A stretch of DNA of 32,000 bases from Akkermansia muciniphila ATCC BAA-835 (GCF_000020225.1 NC_010655.1:1500001-1532000); one strand, 5' to 3'. Positions 1 through 12,479 are shown, numbered from the stretch's first letter. Notes: generated by a model from the letters alone, not told the origin. Translations and numbers: made by a program.

Positions 1-299
1 AAGCTGACTTTCACATGGCTCTGGGCTGCCAGATTGTAGATTTCATCCGGCTGCACGGTCTGGATGATGCGGATGAGTGAACTGGAATCCGTCATGTCCC
101 CGTAGTGGAGGTTAATCAGGCGGTTTTTCTTCATGTCCCGCACCCATTCGTCCAGGTAAAGGTGTTCGATGCGGCCCGTGTTGAAGGAGGAGGACCGGCG
201 CAGGATGCCGTGTACTTCATACCCTTTGTCAATCAGGAACTCTGCGAGAAAGGAACCGTCCTGTCCCGTGATGCCGGAGATTAATGCGATTTTGCTCAT
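1..299 (-). CDS. gmd: GDP-mannose 4,6-dehydratase, N-terminal ~99 codons; the gene continues past the left window edge
   Basis: Reading the minus strand from the ATG at 299-297 gives [53 protein letters not shown]...[36 protein letters not shown]. It has the GxTGQDGS Rossmann motif and is close to colinear with the E. coli Gmd N-terminus as I recall it. The frame stays open to position 1. This ORF is absent from the supplied track because it is truncated by the window edge. Confidence 0.85.
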   Translation of the reverse strand, partial: MSKIALISGITGQDGSFLAEFLIDKGYEVHGILRRSSSFNTGRIEHLYLDEWVRDMKKNRLINLHYGDMTDSSSLIRIIQTVQPDEIYNLAAQSHVKVS

Positions 300-323
300 A
301 TGGTGTGTCAGGTTGTTTGCTGG

Positions 324-382
324 CGGGAGAGGTTGATGAAATAAAAGAAACCTCTCCCGGAGCCGCAATTCATGGGCTCCGG
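324..382 (-). other. Two overlapping GC-rich hairpins between the carA stop and the gmd start; possible terminator or attenuator, but no clear U-tract
   Basis: CGGGAGAGGTT (324-334) pairs with AACCTCTCCCG (349-359). CCGGAGCC (357-364) pairs with GGCTCCGG (375-382). The two hairpins share 3 nt, so they are mutually exclusive. Confidence 0.25.
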
Positions 383-451
383 GCATAAATAACGCATTTT
401 TCCCAGCGAGGCGAGGAAAATGCTCTGGTCCGTAGGAAGGGGGCGGATTCG

Positions 452-1570
452 TCAGCGGGCATGTTGCCGCTTGCTGGCCGCAATCATTTTCCTGAAATCT
501 CGGAACAGATACTGGGGGTCTCTGGGGCCGGGCGCCGCTTCCGGGTGGTATTGCACGCTGAATACGGGAAGCGTCCTGTGGGCGATGCCTTCCACGGTAT
601 TGTCATTCAGATTGATCAGCGTTATTTCCACGTCGTCCGGCACGGTGTCCGGATCCACGGCAAAACCGTGGTTCTGGGACGTAATGCTGATTTTACCCGT
701 TTTCAAATCTTTGACCGGATGGTTCGCTCCACGGTGCCCGAACTTCAGCTTGAAGGTTTTCGCTCCCAGCGCGTGGGAAATAATCTGGTGGCCCAGGCAG
801 ATGCCGAACATGGGCACTTTCCCAATCAATGCAGCTACTTCCCGGTGAATGTCCGTCAGCGTGGCGGGATCTCCCGGACCATTGGAAAGAAAGACGCCGT
901 CCGGGTTCATGGCAAGCACTTCCTCCGCCGTCGTGTGGGCGGGAACTACGGTTACGCGGAAGCCGTTTTCCCTCAACTGGCGCAGGATGTTGTATTTAAT
1001 GCCGAAGTCAAAGGCGACGATGTCGTATTCCGCAGGGGGCAGAGTTTTTCCCGTAACCAGCGCGTCCACTTCCTCCGGTGTCATGGGGTGGGAACCGATT
1101 TTGTCCACGATATTGCAGCCTTCCATGGAGGGGGCGTTTCTGGCTGCTTCCACGGCTTCCTCCGGAGTCAGCTCCGTGGTGAGGCAGGCGCGCATGGCTC
1201 CGGCGGAGCGCAGATGCTTGGCGATTTTGCGGGTATCCACCCCTTCAATGCCGATGACGCCCTGTTTTTCCAGCCACGGGCCCAGGGATTCCGTGGCACG
1301 CCAGTTGGAGTGGACTTTCGCCAGTTCCGCCACCACAAAGCCGCTGACCTGCGCTTTGCCTGATTCCCCGTCTTCCGGGTTGACGCCGTAATTGCCGATC
1401 AGAGGATAAGTCATGGTGACGATCTGGCCGCTGTAGGACGGATCCGTCAATACTTCCTGATAGCCGGTCATGGACGTGTTGAAGCAGGCTTCCCCCACTT
1501 CCGTGCCCGTGGCCCCGAAGTGCGAACCGATGAAGACGCTTCCGTCTTCCAGTGCGAGAATGGCTCTCAT
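452..1570 (-). CDS. carA: Carbamoyl-phosphate synthase small (glutamine amidotransferase) subunit
   Basis: 372-aa ORF with an ATG start. The N-terminus [19 protein letters not shown] is typical of CarA. It has the class-I GATase nucleophile motif GICLGHQ and VQYHPEA. It sits 31 nt downstream of carB on the same strand. Confidence 0.95.
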   Translation of the reverse strand: MRAILALEDGSVFIGSHFGATGTEVGEACFNTSMTGYQEVLTDPSYSGQIVTMTYPLIGNYGVNPEDGESGKAQVSGFVVAELAKVHSNWRATESLGPWLEKQGVIGIEGVDTRKIAKHLRSAGAMRACLTTELTPEEAVEAARNAPSMEGCNIVDKIGSHPMTPEEVDALVTGKTLPPAEYDIVAFDFGIKYNILRQLRENGFRVTVVPAHTTAEEVLAMNPDGVFLSNGPGDPATLTDIHREVAALIGKVPMFGICLGHQIISHALGAKTFKLKFGHRGANHPVKDLKTGKISITSQNHGFAVDPDTVPDDVEITLINLNDNTVEGIAHRTLPVFSVQYHPEAAPGPRDPQYLFRDFRKMIAASKRQHAR

Positions 1571-1601
1571 GGTGATGTAAGTATGCTTAGGTGGTGCGGG
1601 A

Positions 1602-4805
<3,204 letters not shown>

Positions 4806-4874
4806 AATGGCGATGGAAGAATCCTGTAGTCCTGGACCGCGGATTTCCGCCGGGGGAATTAAGTGCCCGCCGGG

Positions 4875-5031
4875 CTCCGGAGGAAAGTTTTTTTACGGTC
4901 AATGACGCGGATTTTTGGAGCGTGGGGAACGGAGGAGGAAGGAGGCCGGAACAAGGCGCGCCAAGGCTCCGGAGCCGTGCCTTCCCTGCGGGCAGAGGCT
5001 TGACCCGCGAGGGGGCGGCACAACTCCGGAG
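4875..5031. repeat. Three copies of the palindrome CTCCGGAG in the glutamine synthetase/carB intergenic region
   Basis: Copies lie at 4875-4882, 4965-4976 (extended to the 12-bp palindrome GGCTCCGGAGCC) and 5024-5031. By eye I found only about two other copies in the rest of the 32 kb, both inside coding sequence. Confidence 0.4.
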
Positions 5032-5047
5032 CTCGTCGGTGCACCCA

Positions 5048-7183
5048 CTAATAGATGAACAGCATTTCCCGGTACTTGGGGAGAGGCCAGGACCGGTCGT
5101 TCACCAGGGTTTCTGCGGCATCGACGCTGGTTCTCAATCGGGACATCGCGGCAAGGATGTCCTCATGGCAGCTCGTAAGCGCCGTCTCCAGGGTATCCAG
5201 GTCGGATACGATGGAATCCAGGGCGTCGCCCAGCTTGTCCGCCAGCTTCTGCAGGGCGGCGGTACCGTTGGTCCGCCTGGCTTCCAGCGCCCTGGAGAGC
5301 GCGGCAACGGTTTGCCCGTATTCGTTGCGCAGGGCGGGGAGGATGATGGTGGCCGCCATTTCCCAGGACAGGCGCCCTTCAATGCGGATGCGTCTGTGGT
5401 ATTCTTCCAGGAAAATCTCAAACCTGGATTCCAGCTCCCGCCTGGAAAAGACGCCGTACTTTTCAAACAGGGCCACATTCTTTTCATTCACCAGGGTGTG
5501 AAGAGCCGTCATCGTATTTTTCAGATTGGGGAGGCCGCGGCGTTCCGCTTCTTTCACCCATTCTTCCGAATAATTGTCCCCGTTGAAGATGATTCTCTTG
5601 TGTTCGGAAATCCTGCGCTTGAGCGTTTCCTGGAGCTGCGGCAGGAATGTTTCCGGAGCGAAGGAGGAAAGTTCTTCCGCCAGGGAATCAAGGGATTCCG
5701 CCACAATGGTGTTCAGGGTCATCATGGGGCCCGCGCAGGATTGGGAGGAGCCCGGAGCACGGAATTCAAACTTGTTGCCGGTGAAGGCAAACGGGCTGGT
5801 GCGGTTGCGGTCCGTCGCATCCCGGGGAAGAACGGGAAGCGTGTCTACGCCGATCTTGAGCGTATCGTTGCGCTTGCCGCAGCCGGAAGAGCCGTTGATC
5901 ATATTCTCAATCACTTCATTGAGCTGGGCGCCCAGGAAGATGGAGATAATGGCGGGAGGCGCTTCGTTTGCTCCCAGGCGGTGGTCGTTCCCGGCGCTGG
6001 CCACGGAATTGCGCAGCAGGTCGCTGTGCTTGTCAACGGCCTCGATGATGGCGGTCAGGACGGTCAGGAAAATGGCGTTCTGCTGCGGGTCCGAACCGGG
6101 GTCCAGCAGGTTTTTGTTCCCGTAGGAAATGGACCAGTTGTTATGCTTGCCGGAACCGTTGACGCCTGCGAAGGGCTTTTCATGAAGCAGGCATACCAGG
6201 CCGTGCTTGCTGGCCTGCTGGCGCAAAACTTCCATCACCAGCATGTTGTGGTCAATCGCCAGGTTCACGTCCTCAAACAAAGGAGCCAGTTCAAACTGCG
6301 CGGGCGCCACTTCGTTGTGGCGGGTCTTGGCCGGGATTCCCAGTCTCCAGAGTTCCTGTTCCACGTCGCTCATGAAATTAAGGATACGGGGCTTGATGGA
6401 GCCGAAATAATGGTCTTCCAGCTGCTGGTGCTTGGCGGGAGGGGCGCCGAAAAGGGTGCGACCCGTCTGGACCAGGTCCGGGCGGTTCAGGTAGAAGTTC
6501 TTGTCAATGAGGAAGTATTCCTGTTCAGGCCCCAGCGTAATGGTCACGTGTTCATCCGGAAGGCCGAAACTCTTCATCAGCTTCTTGACGGCATTGCCCA
6601 ATGCCTGGCGGGAGCGCAGCAGCGGAGTCTTCTTATCCAGAGCGTCTCCCGTATAAGAACAGTAGGCGGTAGGGATGCAGAGCGTGGCTCCGTTCCCGTG
6701 CCTCTTGATAAAGGCGGGGCTGGTGGGGTCCCATGCGGTGTAGCCGCGGGCCTCAAAGGTGCAGCGCAAGCCGCCGGAGGGGAAGCTGGAGGCGTCCGGT
6801 TCGCTCACAATCAGGTTTTTGCCGGAAAAGCTCATGATGGGTTCCATTCCCTTGGGATCCAGGAAGGAATCGTGCTTCTCCGCCGTGGAGCCCGTCATGG
6901 GCTGGAACCAGTGCGTATAGTGAGTGGCTCCCCGTTCCAGAGCCCACTGCTTCATGGCGTGGGCTACATCCGCGGCAATATCCGCGTTCAGCGGAAGCCC
7001 GTCCTGGATAGTGGCCAGGAGGGTTTTTGCCGTGTCTTTTGGCAGGTACTTCTTCATCACTTCCGTGCTGAAGACATCCGCTCCGTAATAATCAATGCTG
7101 ACCGGAGCGCTCTCGCTTGCTCCGCCCACGGGCAGGGAAGCGATGGCGCTGATGGCTTGTGTTCGTGTCGAGTCACTCATCAT
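5048..7183 (-). CDS. glnN: Glutamine synthetase, type III (copy 1)
   Basis: 711-aa ORF, the length expected for type III GS. Conserved blocks include THYTHWFQP, EPDASSFPSGGLR, TRHNEVAPAQFE and GSGKHNNWS. The start is ATGATG. Confidence 0.93.
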   Translation of the reverse strand: MMSDSTRTQAISAIASLPVGGASESAPVSIDYYGADVFSTEVMKKYLPKDTAKTLLATIQDGLPLNADIAADVAHAMKQWALERGATHYTHWFQPMTGSTAEKHDSFLDPKGMEPIMSFSGKNLIVSEPDASSFPSGGLRCTFEARGYTAWDPTSPAFIKRHGNGATLCIPTAYCSYTGDALDKKTPLLRSRQALGNAVKKLMKSFGLPDEHVTITLGPEQEYFLIDKNFYLNRPDLVQTGRTLFGAPPAKHQQLEDHYFGSIKPRILNFMSDVEQELWRLGIPAKTRHNEVAPAQFELAPLFEDVNLAIDHNMLVMEVLRQQASKHGLVCLLHEKPFAGVNGSGKHNNWSISYGNKNLLDPGSDPQQNAIFLTVLTAIIEAVDKHSDLLRNSVASAGNDHRLGANEAPPAIISIFLGAQLNEVIENMINGSSGCGKRNDTLKIGVDTLPVLPRDATDRNRTSPFAFTGNKFEFRAPGSSQSCAGPMMTLNTIVAESLDSLAEELSSFAPETFLPQLQETLKRRISEHKRIIFNGDNYSEEWVKEAERRGLPNLKNTMTALHTLVNEKNVALFEKYGVFSRRELESRFEIFLEEYHRRIRIEGRLSWEMAATIILPALRNEYGQTVAALSRALEARRTNGTAALQKLADKLGDALDSIVSDLDTLETALTSCHEDILAAMSRLRTSVDAAETLVNDRSWPLPKYREMLFIY
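6711..6748. repeat. 38-nt block identical to 17507-17544 (between the two glutamine synthetase paralogues)
   Basis: aaggcggggctggtggggtcccatgcggtgtagccgcg occurs in both genes in the same orientation. Confidence 0.9.
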
Positions 7184-7207
7184 GGTTAACTGTTGTGCCT
7201 TTTCTCC

Positions 7208-7223
7208 AGCAAGAAGCGTGCCA
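7208..7223 (-). promoter_or_regulatory. Sigma-54 (-24/-12) promoter for glutamine synthetase copy 1
   Basis: The minus strand reads TGGCACG-CTTC-TTGCT, a perfect match to the TGGCACG-N4-TTGCW consensus with correct GG-N10-GC spacing. The -12 GC lies about 26 nt upstream of the ATG at 7183. Confidence 0.7.
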
Positions 7224-7344
7224 ACTTTTCAGGTAAACTTTCGCATGAATGTGTTGTTCATTTTAATATATTGATTATTAGTTAAATATGAATATTTTGA
7301 CGGAAGAGTTGCAAAAAAGGAAAACAAAACGGCGAACAAGAGTG

Positions 7345-7362
7345 GATTACAAAAATGTAAAA
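7345..7362. promoter_or_regulatory. Candidate enhancer (UAS) site 1, containing the palindrome TTACA-N4-TGTAA
   Basis: GATTACAAAAATGTAAAA. The inner 14 nt (7347-7360) form a perfect inverted repeat. It is a tandem copy of the site at 7378-7395. Confidence 0.45.
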
Positions 7363-7377
7363 CCGCAACAAAAGGAT

Positions 7378-7395
7378 GATTACGAAAATGTAAAA
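7378..7395. promoter_or_regulatory. Candidate enhancer (UAS) site 2
   Basis: GATTACGAAAATGTAAAA matches site 1 at 17 of 18 positions. The two sites are 33 bp apart centre to centre, about three helical turns. Confidence 0.45.
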
Positions 7396-7523
7396 AATTC
7401 TTCTTGGAAGAAAAATATTTTTTATTCCTGCAAAATGTCCTGTTGTGCCGGACGCCGCGTCAGGCTCTGTAAAACAGGGACAAAGCAGTTTGAAAGCGGG
7501 AAAATATGAAGTGTGGACAATAT

Positions 7524-7539
7524 TGGCACGGTTTTTGCT
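7524..7539 (+). promoter_or_regulatory. Sigma-54 (-24/-12) promoter for gltB
   Basis: TGGCACG-GTTT-TTGCT on the plus strand is a perfect consensus match. The -12 element is about 40 nt upstream of the gltB ATG at 7579. Confidence 0.75.
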
Positions 7540-7578
7540 GCAAATAAGTCAGCTTAACCCAAACAAAACAGCAAACTG

Positions 7579-10500
7579 ATGAATAGCGATCAATTCGAGA
7601 CAGGCATTCCTGCGCCGCAGGGATTGTATGACTTTGAACAGGAGAGGGACGCCTGCGGCGTGGGCCTGGTGGCTGACCTGAAGAATGAACCAAGCCACAA
7701 AATCATTGAAATGGGGATTACTGTCCTCAAGAGGCTCATGCACCGCGGCGCCGTGGGTAGCGATCCGGATACCGGGGACGGCGCAGGCATTCTGCTGGCC
7801 CTTCCGGATGAATTCTTCCGCCTGGTTCTTCCCAACAAGCTTCCCGCCAGAGGCAAATACGGAGTGGCCATGATGTTTGGCGGATGCGGCCATGAAGAGG
7901 AATTGGAAGCCGCCGTTACGGAAAACGGCGGCAGCGTGATTGCGTGGAGGCAGGTTCCCGTGGACCGGGACAGCATCGGCAAAAATGCCCAGCGCACGTG
8001 CCCCCTGATCCGTCAGCTGTTCATTGACGGCAGCGGTTTTGCGGACCAGGCGGAATTTGAACGCAAACTGTTCGTGATGCGCCGGGAAATGGAACGGCGC
8101 GTGGAAGGCTGTTATGTGTGCAGCTGTTCCAGCCGAAGCATTGTGTACAAGGGGCTGTTTCTCGGCACGCAGATTGAAGGATTTTATGGAGACCTGGCCA
8201 GCGAGCATTTCAAATCTCCCCTGGCCCTCGTCCACCAGCGCTACAGCACGAATACTTTCCCAACCTGGAGCTTGGCCCATCCCTTCAGGTATCTGGCCCA
8301 CAACGGGGAAATCAACACCCTGCGCGGGAACCTGAACCACCTGAGCGTGCGTGAGCCGCATTTGTCTTCCACCCTGTTGGGGGATGACCTGCAAAAGCTG
8401 CTGCCTCTTATTCCCCCCGGGCAGAGCGATTCCGCCTGCCTGGACAACATGGTTGAGCTGCTGGCCGCCGCCGGGCGGGACTTGCGCCATGTCATGCTCA
8501 TGCTCATGCCGCAGGCCTGGGGCGTCAACTACCATTTAGGGCCGGATGTACGCGGCTTCTTTGAATACCACTCCGCCATGATGGAGCCCTGGGACGGCCC
8601 GACCGCCGTCGTTTTTTCCGATGGTATCAATGCGGGCGCCATGCTGGACCGCAACGGCCTGCGCCCTGCGCGCTATACGCTGACCACGGATGATATTTTC
8701 ATTCTGGCTTCGGAAACGGGCGTAGCTGATATTCCCGCGGAAAAAGTAGCCCGCAAAGGCCGCCTCCGTCCCGGGGAAATGATTTACTGCGACCTGGTGA
8801 ACCACCGGCTGGTATCCGATGCTGAAACCAAGAATGAAATGGCCAGGCGCATGCCCTACCGCCGCTGGGTGGAGAAAAACAAAATTTCCGTCCGTTCCCT
8901 GTTTGATTCCATTTCCGCCTCTGCGGAAATGCCGGACCTTGTGGGCCGCCAGCGCCAGTTCGGATTCACTCAGGAGGATGTGGAGCTGATTATCCGCCCC
9001 ATGATGCTGAAAGGCGCGGAGCCTCTCGGCTCCATGGGAAATGACGCGCCGCTGGCCGTCCTCTCCGGAAAGGCGCCTCTCCTGTTCAATTATTTCAAGC
9101 AGCTGTTTGCCCAGGTGACCAATCCGCCCATCGACCCCATCCGGGAGGAACTGGTCATGAGCCTGACTACATACATAGGCAACCATCCCAACATTCTGGA
9201 AGAAACGCCGGAGCACGCCCGGCTGATCAAGATGGCGCGCCCCGTCATTACGGATGAAGAACTCAACCGCCTCTGCAATATTCGGGAGGCCGGCTTCCCT
9301 TCCGCCAGGCTTTCCATCCAGTTCCCGGAAGGCGGGGACGGGAAAGCCCTGCGGGAGACGCTGGAAAGCCTGGCGGAATCCGCCGTGGGCCTGGTCAGGT
9401 CCGGCGTGCGCATTCTGGTGCTGACGGACCGCAACATAGGGCACGGCTATCTTCCCGTTCCCAGTCTTTTGGCCTGTTCCGTGGTGAACCGCGCGCTGGC
9501 GGCCGCCGGGCTGCGTTCCGACGTAGGGTTGATTCTGGAAACCGGGGAGGCGAGGGAAACAATGCACTTTGCGCTGCTTCTGGGCTTCGGGGCCACGGCG
9601 GTCAATCCGTACCTGGCTCTGGCGACGGTTACTTCCCTGGCCGCACCGCAGGACTGCCCTCTGGATGTAGTGAAAGCCTCCGGAAACTACATCAATGCCA
9701 TAGACAAGGGACTGCTTAAAATCATGTCCAAGATGGGCATTTCCACGTTGCGCAGCTACCGCTCCTCCCAACTGTTCGAGGCGGTGGGTCTGAACCGGGA
9801 ACTGATTGACGAATTCTTTCCCGGCACCGTCAGCCGCGTAGGAGGCATAGGTTTGGATGAAATAGCCGCGGAATGCAACCAGCGCGCCGCGCAAAACGCG
9901 GAACACGGGGACAAGCTGGATGCGGGAGGGCAGTACAAGTATAAGAAAGGAGGGGAGAACCATCTCTGGAATCCGCAGACACTTCAGGCTTTCCGCGTTG
10001 CCGTGCGTGACAATGACGAACGGAAATACCGGGAATTCGCGGATTACAGCAACCGTCAGGCGCAGCATCTCTGCACTTTGCGCGGCCTGTTTGAATTTGC
10101 TCCGGCGGACGCTATCCCTCTGGAAGAAGTGGAAAGCGTGGATTCCATCTTGCGCCGTTTCGTTTCCGGAGCCATGTCTTTGGGTTCCCTCAGCCCGGAA
10201 GCCCATGAAACCATCGCCATTGCGATGAATAAAATCGGAGCCAAAAGCAATTCCGGGGAAGGGGGGGAAGATGAAGCCCGCTATGAACCCAACGCCCGGG
10301 GCGAAGTCCGCTACAGCGCCATCAAGCAGGTGGCGAGCGGGCGTTTTGGCGTGACCATTAATTATCTGCGCCATGCTTCCGAGCTCCAGATTAAGATGGC
10401 CCAGGGAGCCAAGCCCGGGGAGGGGGGCCAGCTCCCGGCGCACAAGGTGGATCCATACATCGCCCGGCTGCGCCATTCCATGCCGAACGTCAGCCTCATC

Positions 10501-12018
10501 TCTCCTCCTCCGCATCATGACATTTACTCCATTGAAGACCTGGCCCAGTTAATTTATGATCTGCGCAACTCCAATCCGGATGCCCGTGTTTCCGTCAAGC
10601 TTGTTTCCGAGGTGGGCATCGGCGCGGTTGCCGCGGGAGTGGTGAAGGCCCATGCGGATGTGGTTGTGGTCAGCGGCCACGACGGCGGCACGGGCGCCTC
10701 TCCGCTCACCAGCGTGAAGCACGCCGGGCTGCCGTGGGAGCTGGGGCTGGCGGAAACGCAGCAGACGCTGGTGCTCAACAAACTCCGTTCCCGCGTCCGG
10801 CTCCAGGTGGACGGCCAGCTGCGCACCGGGAGGGACGTCGTGATGGCCGCCCTGCTGGGGGCGGAGGAATTCGGTTTCGGAACCGCCATCCTGGTCTCCA
10901 TCGGCTGCGCCATGCTCCGCAGGTGCCACGAAAATACGTGCCCGGTAGGCGTCGCCACGCAGGATCCGGCCCTGAGGGCCAAATTCAGCGGCAAGCCGGA
11001 ATACGTCATCAACTACCTCCGCTTCGTGGCCCAGGAAACGCGGGAAATCCTGGCTTCCCTGGGGCTTCGTTCCCTGGATGAAGCCGTAGGCAGGGCGGAT
11101 CTGCTTTCCGTAAACCGCGCCATAGATTTTTACAAGGCCCGGCATTTGGACTTTTCCTCCATCCTGCATGCGGCAGAGGGGGACGAACGCAGGTTTGACC
11201 CCTCTTTTGAAAAGGAACCGCTGGACAACTACGACCGCCGCCATCTGCTGCCGGCATTAAAGCCCCTGCTGGAAAAGGGGGAAAAGACGGAACTCTGCCG
11301 CGACGTCCGCAATGTGGACCGGACGGTAGGGACGGAACTTTCCGGTGAGCTGGTGATGAAATTCGGGCCGCGCGGCCTGGCGGAAGATACGCTTACGGTG
11401 CACTTCACCGGATGTGCGGGGCAAAGCTTCGGGGCTTTTCTGGCTCCCGGCGTTACCTTTGAACTTGTCGGGGATGCGAATGACTTTGTTGGGAAGGGCC
11501 TGTCCGGCGGCAAAATCATCGTGCGTCCCCCGGATCATATCTCCTACGTACCGTCGGACAACGTCATCGCCGGAAACGTCATCGGCTATGGGGCCACTTC
11601 CGGCAGCATCTTCCTTCACGGGCAGGCCGGGGAACGTTTCGCCATCCGCAACAGCGGCGCCAAAATGGTGGTGGAAGGCATTGGCGACCACGGCTGTGAA
11701 TACATGACCGGGGGCCGTGTGGCGGTTCTCGGCAAGGTGGGCGTCAATTTCGCCGCGGGGATGACCGGCGGCCTGGCCTACGTGTATGATGCGGACAACA
11801 ACTTCGATCAGAAATGCAACCTGGGCAGCGTGGACCTGGAAACGGTCATGCCGCATTCCGCCGATGAAGCGGAATTGCTTCAGCTCATTTACGAGCATTA
11901 TATGGCTACCAGGAGCCGCAGGGCTTACGACCTGTTAAACAACTGGCCGGAAGAACGCGGCAAATTCATCAAGGTATTCCCGGTGGAATACCGGCATGCC
12001 CTGGCCATGCATTCCTGA
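7579..12018 (+). CDS. gltB: Glutamate synthase large subunit (GOGAT alpha chain or ferredoxin-type single chain)
   Basis: 1479-aa ORF. A 25-aa propeptide precedes the Ntn-amidotransferase CGVG. It also has the FMN/substrate block KMAQGAKPGEGGQLP and the C-terminal GXGXG domain (GDHGCEYMTGG). Confidence 0.96.
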   Translation: MNSDQFETGIPAPQGLYDFEQERDACGVGLVADLKNEPSHKIIEMGITVLKRLMHRGAVGSDPDTGDGAGILLALPDEFFRLVLPNKLPARGKYGVAMMFGGCGHEEELEAAVTENGGSVIAWRQVPVDRDSIGKNAQRTCPLIRQLFIDGSGFADQAEFERKLFVMRREMERRVEGCYVCSCSSRSIVYKGLFLGTQIEGFYGDLASEHFKSPLALVHQRYSTNTFPTWSLAHPFRYLAHNGEINTLRGNLNHLSVREPHLSSTLLGDDLQKLLPLIPPGQSDSACLDNMVELLAAAGRDLRHVMLMLMPQAWGVNYHLGPDVRGFFEYHSAMMEPWDGPTAVVFSDGINAGAMLDRNGLRPARYTLTTDDIFILASETGVADIPAEKVARKGRLRPGEMIYCDLVNHRLVSDAETKNEMARRMPYRRWVEKNKISVRSLFDSISASAEMPDLVGRQRQFGFTQEDVELIIRPMMLKGAEPLGSMGNDAPLAVLSGKAPLLFNYFKQLFAQVTNPPIDPIREELVMSLTTYIGNHPNILEETPEHARLIKMARPVITDEELNRLCNIREAGFPSARLSIQFPEGGDGKALRETLESLAESAVGLVRSGVRILVLTDRNIGHGYLPVPSLLACSVVNRALAAAGLRSDVGLILETGEARETMHFALLLGFGATAVNPYLALATVTSLAAPQDCPLDVVKASGNYINAIDKGLLKIMSKMGISTLRSYRSSQLFEAVGLNRELIDEFFPGTVSRVGGIGLDEIAAECNQRAAQNAEHGDKLDAGGQYKYKKGGENHLWNPQTLQAFRVAVRDNDERKYREFADYSNRQAQHLCTLRGLFEFAPADAIPLEEVESVDSILRRFVSGAMSLGSLSPEAHETIAIAMNKIGAKSNSGEGGEDEARYEPNARGEVRYSAIKQVASGRFGVTINYLRHASELQIKMAQGAKPGEGGQLPAHKVDPYIARLRHSMPNVSLISPPPHHDIYSIEDLAQLIYDLRNSNPDARVSVKLVSEVGIGAVAAGVVKAHADVVVVSGHDGGTGASPLTSVKHAGLPWELGLAETQQTLVLNKLRSRVRLQVDGQLRTGRDVVMAALLGAEEFGFGTAILVSIGCAMLRRCHENTCPVGVATQDPALRAKFSGKPEYVINYLRFVAQETREILASLGLRSLDEAVGRADLLSVNRAIDFYKARHLDFSSILHAAEGDERRFDPSFEKEPLDNYDRRHLLPALKPLLEKGEKTELCRDVRNVDRTVGTELSGELVMKFGPRGLAEDTLTVHFTGCAGQSFGAFLAPGVTFELVGDANDFVGKGLSGGKIIVRPPDHISYVPSDNVIAGNVIGYGATSGSIFLHGQAGERFAIRNSGAKMVVEGIGDHGCEYMTGGRVAVLGKVGVNFAAGMTGGLAYVYDADNNFDQKCNLGSVDLETVMPHSADEAELLQLIYEHYMATRSRRAYDLLNNWPEERGKFIKVFPVEYRHALAMHS

Positions 12019-12058
12019 AAGAAGCATGCAGCAGTTTTCTGTTGTTTGGGGTAAGGCA

Positions 12059-12092
12059 GGGGCCTCCGCGGGTGCGGAGGCCCCCATTTTTT
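12059..12092 (+). terminator. Intrinsic terminator of gltB
   Basis: A perfect 11-bp stem (GGGGCCTCCGC / GCGGAGGCCCC) with a GGGT loop, followed by CA and TTTTTT. It begins 41 nt after the gltB stop. Confidence 0.85.
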
Positions 12093-12281
12093 CAGAGGCC
12101 TGCCTGCTGTTTCATGGCCGGGCATTTTGGCGCCGCTTTTCCTCCTTGAGCCATTCCGCATTTGAAGCTGGCAATTTGCCTGTCCGGCGGCATTTCGGAG
12201 GCTGTTCCGTTCGTTTGTCGGGTAACGGCCGTTCCGGCTGCCGGGCATTTGGAGAAGAATGTTCCAGATAAGGAGGTTTTT

Positions 12282-12479
12282 ATGACCGTGCTGTCAGTTG
12301 ATAAAGAAATGCGGCTGCATGGATGGGGATGGTGGTTGCGGTTGATGTCAGGAGGAAGGTCAAATGTTCCGGCAATGCCCGGTTCTGAGCGGATTATGAA
12401 TTCGAAGTCAACAGGAAAGTTTGAATGGAAATGTGTTAGTGGAGTTTGGGTTTTGGAAATTCGGCTGGATGGCAATTGA
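12282..12479 (+). CDS. Hypothetical 65-aa Trp-rich small protein; coding status uncertain
   Basis: The ATG at 12282 follows TAAGGAGGT (12269-12277) with a 5-nt spacer after GGAGG. Translation: MTVLSVDKEMRLHGWGWWLRLMSGGRSNVPAMPGSERIMNSKSTGKFEWKCVSGVWVLEIRLDGN. It lies between the gltB terminator and two plus-strand terminator hairpins. I recognise no family. Confidence 0.35.
   Translation: MTVLSVDKEMRLHGWGWWLRLMSGGRSNVPAMPGSERIMNSKSTGKFEWKCVSGVWVLEIRLDGN
12390..12404. repeat. Left arm of a perfect 15-bp inverted repeat (partner at 12545-12559)
   Basis: CGGATTATGAATTCG is the exact reverse complement of CGAATTCATAATCCG, 140 nt downstream. Confidence 0.8.

Noticed and set aside
1294-1309. TGGCACG-CCAG-TTGGA on the plus strand inside carA, a near sigma-54 consensus.
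   Set aside because: The invariant -12 GC is GG. The element lies inside, and antisense to, a coding region, and no downstream plus-strand gene exists.
7288-7509. 73-aa Lys-rich ORF in the AT-rich divergent promoter region, with a repeated DYKNVK / DYENVK segment.
   Set aside because: It has no ribosome-binding site and its composition is what AT-rich non-coding DNA produces. The peptide repeat is just the translated 18-bp DNA repeat, which is more simply explained as a regulator-binding site between two sigma-54 promoters.
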